Shown piece by piece: positions 12,356 through 25,957 of a stretch of DNA of 64,000 nt; position 1 is the stretch's first letter, and the number at the start of each line of letters is the position of its first letter. The stretch is from Antedon mediterranea (lineage: Eukaryota > Animalia > Echinodermata), in contig NC_092676.1 of the NCBI RefSeq assembly GCF_964355755.1, forward strand, positions 23,702,871-23,766,870, given 5' to 3'. The translations under genes and the position numbers were made by a program. The notes beneath the pieces were generated by a model, which did no database searches, was not told the DNA's origin, and saw only the letters and a program-made list of their open reading frames with translations.

Positions 12356-14525
12356 AGATGGGTACACTGAACCTCCAATTTAATTTGCTTCAAGAATAGC
12401 ATATTCAAATATCACAATTCTTATAATAATAATAAATTACTTATTCTTACATCCCCTTTTAAGGTACAGTATTAACTACAGCATGACTACAGGGCACATA
12501 ACTGCCAACACTTACACATATTTTTAATAAATTTAAAAACACTCCCTTTAAATGTCCATGTCCTTTTATACCATCAATGGGTCAACCAGCCTATAAAAGT
12601 CAAGGTTCACCAACAAAAATATAATGGCAAGGTAAAATTGTTTTTATTATTTTAAGCTCTATATACATACATTATCTGACCAGTTTAATACCAATTTACT
12701 AAACAAACACAATATCTGGAAAATTCTGTAAATGGTAATTATTTTTGACTAGTTAGTAATTTACACAAAGTAATTAATCCTGTGCATGGGATTAAATTTT
12801 TGAAACACACATTTATTTATTATTATTCAGAAATTATTATTTCCAAACAGCCATTGATTGAATAACTAATCAGCTCAGTACCATCCAGGCATGTAATGCT
12901 TTGTTTTATCAATGAAGCCTATAAAAACATGTAGCTTACAATCTATGTGATAATGCTTTGCAATCAAAGTAATAATTTATTCTTTAAATCGACAGAAAGC
13001 AGTTACACGTTTTGAGAATCACTGTCTGTAGTATAATAGTTTAATATTTTCAAGTACAGTAATCATTTTTCTCCTTACCATACAGAAGTACTATAACTAT
13101 AAGCATAAAGAACTTCTTTTTTTTAACCAAATTTTTTTTTGTATTTAAGCATAAAACGTGAGTAGACATATGTATGGCCTATGAAAATGGAAATATTGCA
13201 GAATTTGTGGAAAAATAAATAAGACATCGATATCAAAGCATTAAGGTTGTATCTTGAAATAAAACTTGATAAGGTATTGCAGTTCATTACAATATTACAT
13301 GGATAATACAAAAACATGTAATTCAAAGTTTTTTACAATATTAACTGTATCATGCCATAGTTATTTAAATTCAAACTAGAAGTGTACATCCTAGAACAAA
13401 GATTACATTGTCAACACTATCAGTAAAAATGTTTAAATAAAGTTGAAGTATTAACCTAGTACTTTCCCATAGAAAAGTAAATGCATTGATGCATAGTATC
13501 TCTTTCATGTTTGCGACGCCGAAAATACTATATTGTGCATTATAGTACGTACGTACTGAAAATTAAAAAACCCTCCTTTCAGAGAGACGGCGCCAGCTAT
13601 TTGATCGGATTATATCCGTAAGTATAAGTGACAGATACCATTAGGGGGATAGTCATAGAGAAGTGTTAAATTAACATTGTAATTGGGGTGGAGCGCTTTA
13701 CCCTATTTTATAAGAGAAAATCCATAACAACTCCATTGAAGCATACAGCAATTATACAAGTAAACACACAGATATTATGTAGTCATTCACTATGCTAACT
13801 GAAGCTTCAGCTAAACTCTGGCCTATATTTCAGTAAAATAGACCTACTTAATTCAATGCTAATTATAACAACTCTTTACCTTTTATATGATCTGATGATC
13901 TGGCTGCTAACACAACAGTAAATATCAACAGTACAATAGCTTTTAACTAACCGCCGCCACTACCACACACGGTCAAGTTTAAACACATAATGACTTAAGC
14001 CTTCACTCCACATGTGGTAAGAAGTCTATATAGCGCCCTCAATATTTGTATCAGTAGGAAATTATTTATTTCAGAGTGTGTGTATGTTTATATTAGTATA
14101 ATAAGTACTGTATTCAAAAGTATTTGATAATTAAATGCTTCCACAAAAAGTCCCCTTGAGACCATGTAATCATACCTCTAGATCACCAAGGCCTTTGTCC
14201 CAATTAACTAGCACATAGGCCACAACTTATTTCATTTTGCATTGGAAAATATGGAGAGCTCATTCCTAACATGAACATTGGTTTTTTTTAAAGTACCATA
14301 TTTGTACAAAATGATTTAATTTCAATTTATTCAAAGTTTCTCCAAAAATGTGGAAGAGATAGTAATGTACATACATTACAATGATATCACATTTGCAATA
14401 CAGATTTTTTGCTTTTTACTCCAAAAAAAATGAGAGGGCGGCATACACACATTTTAAATTTACAATGTACAGTGCCATAAACCAAATAAGGTGCATAAAC
14501 AGTACATTATTGAGTATTTTAGTAA

Positions 14526-14590
14526 GGGCTTGATCACATTGGACTTAATTTGGTTAAATTATCATTTTCCACGTCCAGTGCGAACAAGCC
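14526..14590. mobile_element. 65-bp deletion derivative of family D
   Basis: GGGCTTGATCACATTGGAC ... GTCCAGTGCGAACAAGCC; the right end matches the 42454 terminus. Confidence 0.55.
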
Positions 14591-15064
14591 ACTTATTATC
14601 ATCCATCTTCAGGCTTGTGTTACCAACTTAACTACCTACATCTCTCATCAAAAGATCAGTAAATTAAAATAATTTATTTTCATCTGAAATTTGAACTTGT
14701 ACATGAGGTGAATGACAGTAGCCACAACACCTTAACCAGCCCCGAGCTTTACCAGTCAAATCTATAAATTCTATTGAATTACATATATTTAAAAGTCTGT
14801 CAATAAAGTATATATAATCGATGCTTGAAAGCTGATAGGAGGATTATAACTTGTTTTATAGCTCTGAATCCAATATGTAAATCAATGTGCTTTTTCCACA
14901 AATGATTAACTGCCGTAAATCAATCTATATTGTAGAAACATCAAATGAAACATGGCCATACTTTCTTTATAAATTATGTGCATTTTCCAAACTGCTACGC
15001 ATCACTGACTCTCTCCAATTTGAGAGAAAAGTTTAATTTTAATACAGTACCCCCTTTACATTTA

Positions 15065-15329
15065 ATCTATGTCTACACCATCAAACTAGTTCGACAAAAA
15101 ATTGTGCAAATATGAAGTGATATGGTCAAATATGATAGTGATATGACATTTTTTTTGTTGTCACATAAAGCTTGAGAGTGTAGACAAGCCTCTGACTGTA
15201 TACACCATCAAACTAGTTTGACAAAAAAGTGTAATGTGCCCAAATATGGTAGTGATATGACATCATCATGTTCATATATGGGTATATCACATTTTTTGTC
15301 ACATAGAGTTTGATAGTGTAGACAAGCCT
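15065..15329 (-). mobile_element. Two tandem MITE family A copies, reverse orientation
   Basis: Two successive TACACCATCAAACTAGTT ... AGTGTAGACAAGCCT units (~15065-15190 and ~15192-15329). Confidence 0.8.
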
Positions 15330-15949
15330 TTAGACACACACAGGTTCACAACATACAAAATGCCAGTGTTGACACAATGTTTAAGCGGTTTGTGAAAGGA
15401 GTACAATCAAGGAGTTCAATTAATATCTGTAAAAAAACTATTTACTTCAGAGATGCTGAAGATACTTACCAAGATTCTATGACACCCTATTATCAAAGAT
15501 AAATATATAAATAAATTGAATATTATTATTAGCCTATGCTTAGACAGTTTGCATTCAACACCCCTTGGAGAGCAAGCTTCCTAACATCATCAATTTGTTA
15601 CAAACTTTTATTAGAGATTGCCAAAAATAGATTCCATTTATATAATAAATAAAAATATTCTTATGGCATTTAAGACTGTCAGTATCAAGGTCATTAGATT
15701 ATATAAAATGTTATAATAAACTATAAGAATAATAAACTAAAGATATATGATGGTACATAATAAACAAAACAGTGGCACAAGTACATACAATTTTGTATTC
15801 AAAAATATTTATATTTTATAGATTTGCTATATCCAATCCAATATCACTTGGTGGGTTTGGGTTTAAAATAAATATTACATATATCAATTCAATTCAATTT
15901 AATTATGTTATTTTGGCTCAAACATTGTCTTGTGAAATGTATATGTATA

Positions 15950-16077
15950 CAGTCAACTCTTCCAAAAACAGACTTTCTTGAGTTCCAAAAGGTCCCAAAT
16001 TCTTTTTTACCATTAAAAACACATTCCGACTACCAGACTTTCTGGAAAACTGGACCAGGTATTGGGAGAGTTAACTG
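15950..16077. mobile_element. Tc1/mariner-pogo-like MITE (TA target, CAG ends)
   Basis: TA-CAGTCAACTCTTCCAA ... TTGGGAGAGTTAACTG-TA; a degenerate relative lies at ~44829-44957. Confidence 0.7.
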
Positions 16078-17138
16078 TATTATTTTCAAGTTATATTAAT
16101 TTAACTTTCATCATACAAATTTCAACTATTAAATTATTGCATTAAATATGTTGTATGTTCTTTCTAATTTATTAATTTGCAAAACAAATATTACTTTTGG
16201 CAAAATGAAGCTAAATTTGTTTTAGAATTGAAACCCAATACGATTAATACTAAAAAAACACACAGTCTAATACAATGTAAATAAGCTAATTAGAAGATTT
16301 ACACATTATCCTTTGCAACCTATAAATCCAACACCTCACGAATCCGATGTGAATGATCAGATAATCTTGTATTGGATTTACAGTGTACATAAATCGCTGT
16401 AGCTACTGCTTTGAACTAGGACATACTATACTAACTCTATAATGACATGCTAAATATATGTTTACTTTCGCAGGTGTGTTTTATTTAGGTAAAAAGCAAC
16501 GGCATATGTTCGTATTATTACTAACTATACCTTTCTTAAATATCACTGTACCAATGAGATGCTCAAATAAAATACAGACTTTTAAATAAATTATGTGAAT
16601 TAGCCAATCTAGAGCAGTATAGATCAGGATTTTTTATTATTCTCTATCCTACATGGCTTTCCATAAAATTTGAATACAATTATATTATAGTTTTGTATTA
16701 TTATTCCATTAAAAGATTTGTTTCTGGGAAATGGCCAATTATTTTGGTGGGAAGAACACTGAATGTTCTTGTCAATATTACAACTAAAACATAGGTTTAA
16801 ACGAGGCCTTGGAGCTATGAAATGCTAATGTCTAATTTCAGTAATAGTACTATACTTAATTATGGTAATTCAATGTATATAAATGTATCATCATTATAAA
16901 GCACATTAACTAATACAAATAAGGTCCAATCAGGTCAGAATATTTTATTAAGCTTACAGTAAATGTTGACCTTGATTGATAATTTACTATAAAAAGTGTT
17001 TAAAATCCTTGAAATAAAACAACATTATTTTAGCACTAAAGCTGGTTGATTTCTATTTAAACTAAAGAAATAAAACAATAATAAAAGATAATAAGAAAAA
17101 CAAACAAACAAAGATAGTCATTATAATTACACATCTAT

Positions 17139-17560
17139 GGGTCTGTTTCTGTTGCTTAGCACCGAATAAACGAATAAACCGTTTACTTCAAAATACATTT
17201 AAAATATAAATTTTATATGGGTGGTCGAGTCGATGGAAATCATTAGCAGTACCCAAAATGCAAAGGGTACTTGTGGTCAATTCAAATGTTACTGCAATGT
17301 AGTTGACACTCAAATAACCTATAGTAGGCTGTCAATCAAATAACCGTTATTTTGCATTGCAGCTAAAAGTTTCCCAGCAATAACCGGTTAAATGGCGTTC
17401 TAACACCGAATCGATTGGGTGTTTTTAACCGTTAATTTCAGGCTGCCAGCCATTTATCCGGTTATTGAAAATTTGTTCCGTTTCTGTTCCCAAGAAATTG
17501 GAGTTAATTTATTCACACCATTATTAACCAGTTATTTCTTTTGCAGCAGAAACAGGACCT
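17139..17560 (+). mobile_element. MITE family C
   Basis: TIRs GGGTCTGTTTCTGTTGC / GCAGCAGAAACAGGACCT; multiple internal TAACCG(G/T)TTA palindromes. Confidence 0.7.
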
Positions 17561-19479
17561 ATGAAACAGGTGCCCATCCTTGGACTATATTGTCATTAAG
17601 AATACATTTGTAGGTGGTGAAAAGAACTGCAAGGTGGTAGCCTAAATTGTGGCATAGGCCTACTGATAATTAGCAATATATCTACTAATAGCCTTCATGC
17701 TGTTTACACAAGCAAATCTGTTAAAATAACAATTATTCCTTAATAGTTATCCAGTATTTTATATAGGAACAGGTGTTCTGTAGAAGATGTTCAGGAGGCC
17801 AAGATAATGATGCCTAAATTTCCTCATTTCTATCAACATATTTATTTGAATTTCTTTCATCTTTATCTAATTTTTCATATTGTTACTGCTACTACTAATT
17901 ACTACCCACTATCAACCTTAATTTTGTTAGCCAATTCTTTATTGATATGTTAGTGCCAAATAATCAACATTAAAAAAAAAATATCAAAAAGTGGAAAATT
18001 ATTAAATATTTATTGATATACAATTCTAAATCTTGTTTTAAATATTAAATATTTGACATATAATACTGAACATTTACAAATATATTTACAAACAAAATTA
18101 TGTCAATTTCAGATGTAAAATCTTACTACAGAACAAAGGAATGCGTTACTGTAGTAACCTCTAGCATAAACTCAGTAGAATGAATATGCAGGAATTACCG
18201 ATCTGTATTATATTAATCTTGAACAGCATGATTCATATTTTATAGGCCAAACCTACGCTAACTGATCTAAACCTATGCTATAATAATATACTAAGCCTAA
18301 CAACCAAAAAATCCTAACTAATTACAAAATTTACCTGGATTCCGTCAAATTTGTAACGGCATAAATTCCATCAGAAAAATAAATCTGCTACGTCTAGCTT
18401 GTAAACGGGCAGTGATTTTATATTTGCAGTGCTTTTAAAACTGTGTGACTGTGAGTATCGGATGCCTTTGGCAATTTGCTACGCTATCTGATGATGATAA
18501 CGACGCACGTTACATATCTAATGCTAGGAGGACACTGGTGAGATGAAATTGGATGAATGGAATATTGTGTTGTGTGTGTGTTTTTAACAGAATTTAAGAG
18601 TGGAAGATCGTTGTAGGGGGCTAGAAGGAAAATATTTTAAAAGCCTGTCATCAAAGAAAAAACAAACATGTAGTAGTTATTGGAAAAAGTGAAGAAATAT
18701 ATTAAGTTATGAAACTTAATAAAAGAAAGATTTTCTAAAGTATGTCTATCATATCAAATCATATTGGGTGAAAGAAGAGGGATGGTTCCTTTCTTCGAAG
18801 GGTTAGTATTTACATTGTAAAATACACTATCAAAAGGCATCATTTATAATTGTTGTGATAATCAACAAAACAGCAACAATTAAAAGCTAAACTGAAACAT
18901 TTTGGTTGACTTAATTTATAAAAAAAAATTGTTTTGGCTTCCCTTCCTCCTGTTTTGTACAATTTGTTTTGGAACAATAAAATACTCAATATTTTACACT
19001 AATTACCGTTGTTGTAAACAAAAAGATTAAAATTAAAGTACAAAAAAGCTTGACGGAAGTTAAAATTAGGGTGAACAATTTCACCTCCTGGGGTAAGGGG
19101 ATGTCTAGATACAGCAAGGCGCCCAGCAATTTCCACAATGTTAAAACCCTAGCTTTGCGTACGCTTCATTTATCATTTATGCACTAACCAGTAAATTGTT
19201 TTTGTGTGCTAATCTGTTTGTTATGATTGTACCTGGATAACTTCATAATTGTAGTGATCGCCGACAATGCTTTCACACCTTGCCGAAAGCAAATGATAAT
19301 TAATAACAACAAAGGTGTTATATAAAGGCAAGTTGGATATACATAATTGATAAAATAGTGGGCAGGTTTATGCTCGATAAAACACAGAAGATTGATATGA
19401 TCTATCCTGCTTGTCATTAAAGTTTAGAGACTGAACCATTTTGTTCAATTTAAGCTTCAACATCTTGTTTCTATTACTA

Positions 19480-19770
19480 TAGTAGAATTTTGGGACCCAA
19501 AAAAGTGTCCCTTTAATAGAGGTGTCTCCTGAACAGGATTGAACATATAGTGTTTTTGTATTGCCCCTCATTCGCTTCACAGGAAAAGTGTCCCCTGAAT
19601 AGAGGTGTCTCCTGAACAGGATTGAACATAGTGTTTTTGCATTGCCCCTTGTTTGTTTCACAGGAAATTATCCTCTGAATAGGGGTTTTCCAAATGTTTG
19701 AGCATTTTCATAGCAGAAAGGGATGTTTCATGAATAAGTACTGAAAATAGTGTTCAATACACAGGTTTTT
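19480..19770. repeat. ~83-bp tandem duplication inside a pogo/Tigger-like remnant
   Basis: AAAAGTGTCCC..AATAGAGGTGTCTCCTGAACAGGATTGAACATA at 19501 and 19584; related AGTAGAA..GGACA(C/T)CTTCAGGAC fragments at ~43144 and ~52455. Confidence 0.7.
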
Positions 19771-20311
19771 ATATATTTAGCATTGTAAACAAGCCATTTG
19801 TTAGACTACTATATTATTACTACAGCTATTATATTTAACAACTATTTGCTTCTGATATGAACAAATCAAATTCCAATCTCATAAAGCGTATTTAGTACAA
19901 AATCATCAGTAATTATCAATAAAAGTCTGCCAGACAATGGTGACACATAAAACACAATGAATGAGGTAATTACATATTATTAATAGTAAAATATAATAAT
20001 TATATAATCAAGTTTAAAACCTATCCTTTGTATAAGAACATAATCTAGGTTAATAATAATAAATAAAGTCAGTTTCCATTGATACATTTGGCAGTTTATT
20101 AGACGTTCAAGGTCTACCTTGGCGCCTTACAGAAATATATAAAACTTTATCTCATCTTGTGACATCATAAAGCTATCATGTATCACATTGCATTAGATAG
20201 ATAGATAAATCAACAATTGACAAGGATGGGAAAAGAAAATCTTTATGCAGGAACATCACCTCGAAAACAAGGTTTTTTTTAAATAATATAAATATTTAAA
20301 TAATAACTCAC

Positions 20312-20455
20312 CGCATGCGTAAACTACTTTGAGGTATTTATCGGTCTCTGGACTGCACGAGTCTTTAAATACTTTTGTACTTGCTTTCACCGCACATTGC
20401 TTTCTGCCGTGGCAGCGCTCCAACATTTCATCTATTGCGTTTTCAGAATCGCAAT
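20312..20455 (-). CDS. EVA1C: EVA1C-like exon 5, SUEL domain 2 C-half
   Basis: ttcttacag acceptor, G|GTGAGT donor, 144 nt (phase 1->1); DCDSENAIDEMLERCHGRKQCAVKASTKVFKDSCSPETDKYLKVVYAC. Confidence 0.92.
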
Positions 20456-22245
20456 CTGTAAGAAACAAGAATAATTTGTGAATAAAAGGTTATTATTTTT
20501 AAACTAAATATAATTCTTTAAATGCAATGGCCTTTTCTGAAGAGTCATCAAGGATTTTATTTATGTCAACTAAAAACTATAAAATAATAAAATACTTTAA
20601 AAAGTCAACAAGGGTAAATTCTGGAAGATAGAAGAGTATCCACTCATTGCTGACTGCAAGCATATTTTCTGTGCCTACAAATATTTGTATTTGTTATCTG
20701 TACTTGTACCTGTACAATTATTTTCCATGTAGGCCTATATTTTTTTCGTTTGTATTTTTTTTATTCAATATTTCACCCAGATGCTCCTCATAAGGTACAG
20801 CCTTAGTCTCGAGGAGCCTCTGCCTCCATGTATGTTTAATATACAGGGATGTATCTACAAAAACTATAGAACATCTATTGTTAAACGATCTCTTTTCTAA
20901 TAAGATTACTACAGACACAATCTATTATTTAATGTGGCGATGGAGGATACTCCTCCGTAATGTGGCCGACTGTCTACAACATCTCATTACCATAATAAAC
21001 TTTTTGTTAACAGACACAACAATCACGGGTGTCAACGGTTCATTTCAATGAGACCGCTTAACAATAATTATAACAGATTGTAACGAGCCTAAGTAATCGC
21101 AATACAATACTCAAGTGGCACGAGATAATTTACTTAGTTACACTTCATTACACACGCTGAATTAACTTCATATAATATACGATTAATAAATAAAGTAAAC
21201 ATTTGTATCATGGGTTACTGGATAAATGTAACCACACCCAGAAACAGATGCTTTGGGATTTAGAAATGATTAAGAAACATAATTAAACATTTGTAGGCAA
21301 TAATAATATATTGTATATTAAATAAAAGATAAAACAATTTTAATAATAAATTAATAAATTTATTTGCATCAAAATTATATTAAACTTTCAAAATTATATC
21401 CATTATAATTTATCTGCAATTAAGACAAAACATAGCTGTATAATTGTATACTGCCCTCTATCTACATAATAAACAAAAAACTTTAACACTAGACATTTAG
21501 GTTGCATTTAATTTATATGACACCAAATTTGAATTACTGCAAATTTATGGAGCTCCCAATAGTTAAACAGGTATTTTAAAACACAATTTGCTGAATTAAA
21601 AGCCGATAATTATGGTTTATGGTATTTATGCTAACTTTCATACTTGCCAATAAATCGGTAGGTCATGATTGACACTTTGCCAGCAAGGCAAGCAACAACA
21701 GGAAGTGTAAAAAACAGTTAGCCTACCGCATGATTTGGTAGGGTTGGCAGGTATGAGGCTAACCTGTGAAATCAGTGACAACTAACATATACCCAATTAG
21801 CTAAGCACTGCACTACAACACACTACAGTATACATAGATCTACAGGTAATGAACAAGTACAAGCTAAAGATCAATGTTACCTACATTATCTACTAGGGAA
21901 AACAAGATAAAACATATTCCTTTGACATAGAATCTTAATACAGTAGGATTAAATGTTGATCCATCTAAGATTAAGGACTTTAATCTTTTCTCTTTGCCTC
22001 TTTAAAACATTAGGTATCTGTCAGTCAATCATGCTTTTACTACAAAATTAAAAGATTTGACAGAAGGCAGCATTTTGAAGTCATACTAGGGCATTTGGAT
22101 ATCTCACACTCAAGCATGCCCAGAAAGCAGGTATATATAGTATTGCAGATAGACATAGTGTTTTAAGCTTCTCAGAATTGCTCTAGTTTGTAGCTAATTG
22201 CTGAAATAATAAATCTAAAAAGATATCTATCAAAAAAACACATAC

Positions 22246-22395
22246 CTAAGTTATCCATACTATATGATGGACAATTTCCATTTTTAACACCGGCCTCTCG
22301 TCCAAACATGGCCGACTTAATTGCCAACAAGTCACTCTCCTCACACATCAGCTGCATTTGTTCCTCCTCACACTGTATAGCACTTTTATATACAC
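22246..22395 (-). CDS. EVA1C: EVA1C-like exon 4, SUEL domain 2 N-half
   Basis: ttttcag acceptor, TAG|GTATGT donor, 150 nt (phase 1->1); SVYKSAIQCEEEQMQLMCEESDLLAIKSAMFGREAGVKNGNCPSYSMDNL. Confidence 0.92.
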
Positions 22396-23922
22396 CTGAA
22401 AAATGAAAGAAAAAAAAACCAAATATTTTTTTGATATATTAAAACTTTTCTGTTGTTTTTTCAAATAATTTAATTTTCTTATTAATAGGGTATAAAAGGA
22501 CACTTTTAATGTTTGATTTGGTTCATCGATAAACTGGATTTGGTACATCATTATTTTAAGGTAATTGTTAAAAAACAAATAAAGGTTATACAGGTAGCTA
22601 AAAAATGTTTTGAGTACCAAATAGATTTGGTTAATGTCTAGTGAGTTTCTAAAGAGGCGGCTGCATTGTAGAGGTGGTATAGGATTTTCTTGAGGGGAGG
22701 TTGCATTGGTACAGGGGTTGTATGTCTAAAAATAATCTATGGATGGGTAGTGGTCAACTAAACTTTATCCACGAATGACCATGGTCAATTAAATTTAAGT
22801 GCTCTTTACCAAAGAGAACATTTCCGTTTCAATTGTTGTTTTTCCTCAATGAGCCGTGTTTGTTTAGTTTGTTCTTTAATAGCTAGTTTTTCTAATCAAT
22901 GAGTTATATATAATCAAATGATATTGTATTATTTAAGCAAACAAACTCAAGTGTTGCTAGGGGTTAAGTGATACTTAACGATTTCGATAAACATTTATTT
23001 AAGGTATACACTGTAAAGTAAATTGTAGTCGAGTGTGTGTATTAGATTGTTCTGTACACAACTAATGAACAGCGGACAGCGGGTTATCGGTGCACAAAGC
23101 ACGAATTGGGGCTCCATATCTCGCAGGAATTATGAAGTAGAAAATAGAGTCTAAGTTAAAAATATTTCAGTTGGTAATGAACTTTAAAGGTTAAAATAAT
23201 CCTATTTTATACACATTTACCTTCTACTAAAAATATTCAAATTTAATATTAAGTCAAGCATTTTTTTTTTTAATGTTTTGTTGAAATCAATAGTTCATTT
23301 TGAAGTACCTGTATTATTTGGTTTAAAAAATAAAATTAAAAACAAAATTAATTATAAAAATCATGATGATGTAATAATCACCGGGACGAACATCTTTATA
23401 AACTAAAGTTGCTAAGATTCTCTTAGTCCTTCGCACTTAAATTTGGACTAAAAGTATTAAGGTAGAATACCGCTGGGAATCCGCTTGGGCAGAACGCCAG
23501 GGATCACTCCACGTTAAGGAGGAATTGCAGAACATTCTCATGCGAGTTTTCAATTGATATTTATGGCTACAACATGGTTAAAATATCTCCAAGGGCTTCT
23601 TAATAAAATCTCACATACTTATCTGCTCCACTACAAATTATGCTGTTGACCCAGTTTGCTACGGAATAACAAATGGTGTACGACATTTGGGAGTATATTT
23701 AGGTTATGGTGATAAGCGGTCAACAGTAATTCACATAATGGATTATTATTAAATATTGATTTATGATTACTGGTTCAATAAATAAAATCCAGCTTTTTAT
23801 TGAATTATGAAAATTATAATAAGTTTGAATGAGAAATGACCTATTTCTATATAGGCCTATATATGATTTTGAAGATGATGATAAATTATTATAGTGATGA
23901 TAAATTATTATGGTGATCATAA

Positions 23923-23929
23923 ATGATGA

Positions 23930-23962
<33 letters not shown>

Positions 23963-23975
23963 TGATGACGATGAT
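23923..23975. repeat. (GAC)n/(GAT)n microsatellite
   Basis: Direct reading; it explains the poly-Ser ORF 23720-24055. Confidence 0.95.
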
Positions 23976-24055
23976 ATGATTATCTTACAAGTATATATTA
24001 TGCTATATTTCAGATTATTATATATTATGTTAAATATAAAGGACGGTGCTGACAT

Positions 24056-24205
24056 AGGTTCGGTTTCTGCTACGAAAAAATAACCGGTTATTAACTGTGT
24101 AAATTAACCCCAATTTCTTTGCAGCAGAAACAGGAAAAATTTTCAGAAACCGGTTTAAAACTAAATGAAATAAATGGTTCATTCAGCGCTATTCAGCAGA
24201 AACAT
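24056..24205 (-). mobile_element. MITE family C, shortened inverted copy
   Basis: 24056-24145 is the reverse complement of ~17465-17560. Confidence 0.65.
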
Positions 24206-24253
24206 ACAATTAATAACTCCATTTTGATAGTATTATACGGTTACTATACGTAC

Positions 24254-24377
24254 TTGGTTTGCATTTGTACGTCACCTCTGCATATTTGCTAGTTCCTGGG
24301 CACGGGTCGGTACCAAACTCTTGATTGGTTACCCTAAATGTGCACTCTCTCTTTCCATTACATAGATTCTTGACAGT
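24254..24377 (-). CDS. EVA1C: EVA1C-like exon 3, SUEL domain 1 C-half (missed by ORF track)
   Basis: tttgcttttag acceptor, A|GTACGT donor, 124 nt (phase 0->1); TVKNLCNGKRECTFRVTNQEFGTDPCPGTSKYAEVTYKCKP has the DPCxGTxKY lectin motif. Confidence 0.93.
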
Positions 24378-24603
24378 CTAAAAGCAAACAAAAATTAAAA
24401 TGTTTTATTGTTATCCGTTTCAATGTAATTTCAATATAATCTACAGTATCAGGGGCAGATTCAGTCAAATTAAACTCAGCACTTCATTTATCACCATTTT
24501 TAGGCCCTCGGGCCCCCTATTACAAAATCCTGGATTTGACACTATCCTCGTGAATACAAAAATATGTGTAGCCAGGATTTTCTGAAGCTAAAGCTTTATT
24601 TAC

Positions 24604-24710
24604 CGTATACTATCAAACTTGATGTGACAAAAAATGTGATAGTGCCCATATATGGACATGACATGATACCATATTTGGGCAGTACGTCACACTTTTTTTT
24701 TGACAGAGCT
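24604..24710 (+). mobile_element. MITE family A, internally deleted copy between EVA1C exons 2 and 3
   Basis: ACTATCAAACTTGATGTGACAAAAAATGTGAT...CCATATTTGGGC...GACAGAGCT. Confidence 0.75.
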
Positions 24711-24826
24711 TAAGAACTAATATTTCATTGCAAAGAATCAAATACTGCCTACCTCCAGCTCTCGCCACACCCGTCCTAACCCCTACCACCAATTCCCCAA
24801 ACACCTTCATATTCACATCAACTTAC

Positions 24827-25038
24827 CTGTAAGGAAGAACTCGCATGACAGTTGACATCTTCTACAAAATCCTCCTCAAACATAGTAAACAAGTCTGGGC
24901 ACATCATACGACTAGGTAATCGGCGGCCGTAATTTGCCGTTTGTACACCAATAATCGTTCCCTCTGGGCATTTTAATTCTATTTTTTCTTGGTGGCAAGC
25001 ATATGCTAGGTTTGTTCTTAATGTCATTGATATCAAAT
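24827..25038 (-). CDS. EVA1C: EVA1C-like exon 2, SUEL lectin domain 1 N-half
   Basis: tttatttcag acceptor, CAG|GTAAGT donor, 212 nt (phase 1->0); AYACHQEKIELKCPEGTIIGVQTANYGRR..C is the canonical SUEL/Gal_Lectin signature (ANYGR). Confidence 0.93.
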
Positions 25039-25605
25039 CTGAAATAAACAAAATGTGAAATATTGATTGCTCACTTTATTTCAGAATAACAATTCCATAT
25101 ATAAACAAACAACACAAAACGGAAAATTACACTAAAAAATAGAATTTTCTCCCATTTATTGAAGAGATTTGAAGATCGTGCACAGATAAAAATTTAATTT
25201 AAATTATAAAAATGGTGTCATCGTAATTCTTGTAATCTTTGATTGGATTATTATCTAGAGTATTAAGAAATGTATTTTTAAAGCGCATCCTTAAGCTAGC
25301 TTAAACTACCCCTTAAATCAGAGCTGACATGAAAGATTGAATAACATTCTATACCATCACATGCTGTGGGAAGACTTATGCTTTTACCCGTCCATCATTT
25401 CACATATTTTCAATGAACATTTGATATTTATTACTTTAGCAGCTGAAGTTAGGGTGTTCAAAATATTAAATATAGATTTTCAATTTTAATTGACACAGGA
25501 AATGGATAAATGGAAGAGGCTTAGAATATTATTATTTGTCAATTTACAGCTGTGATACAATTTTAATTTTTCCCCTGGCTATGGTACTATAGTAGTTAGT
25601 TCTTA

Positions 25606-25957
25606 AGCCGAATTTTCCACTAGGCAAATTTGTTGTTGAATCCAACATTTCGTAGAGAAAAAAAATCGCCTACTTTTTCCACTACAAGAACGAATTGTTG
25701 AGATTATCATGTTCAACGTGTGTCTGCTAAGCCTTTGATTCGCATGAGTGCACATGGCCGCGTCATAGCTTTTTTTCTAAGTTCTGATTGGTTGCGAAAT
25801 TGTTTGCTTCGCAAAAAGTAGAAACGATTCGAATATTAATTTCACTGAAGCGAAGAACCTAACTAGAGGGATTTGAAATATGGAAACATGAATACGCATG
25901 CATATAAGCCGATGCTTTCGATTCGCATGAACAAATTTGCCTAGTGGAATATATGCT
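25606..25957. mobile_element. MITE family E (Harbinger-like, TTA target duplication)
   Basis: TTA-AGCCGAATTTTCCACTAGGCAAATTTGTT ... AACAAATTTGCCTAGTGGAATATATGCT-TTA. Confidence 0.8.

Noticed and set aside
18335-18620. Apparent EVA1C exon (ttccttctag acceptor, CAG|GTAAAT donor)
   Set aside because: All three frames hit stops, and exon 5 joins exon 6 cleanly as YAC-VPK; at most a non-coding or terminal exon.
23720-24055. 111-aa poly-Ser ORF
   Set aside because: Product of a (GAC/GAT)n microsatellite.
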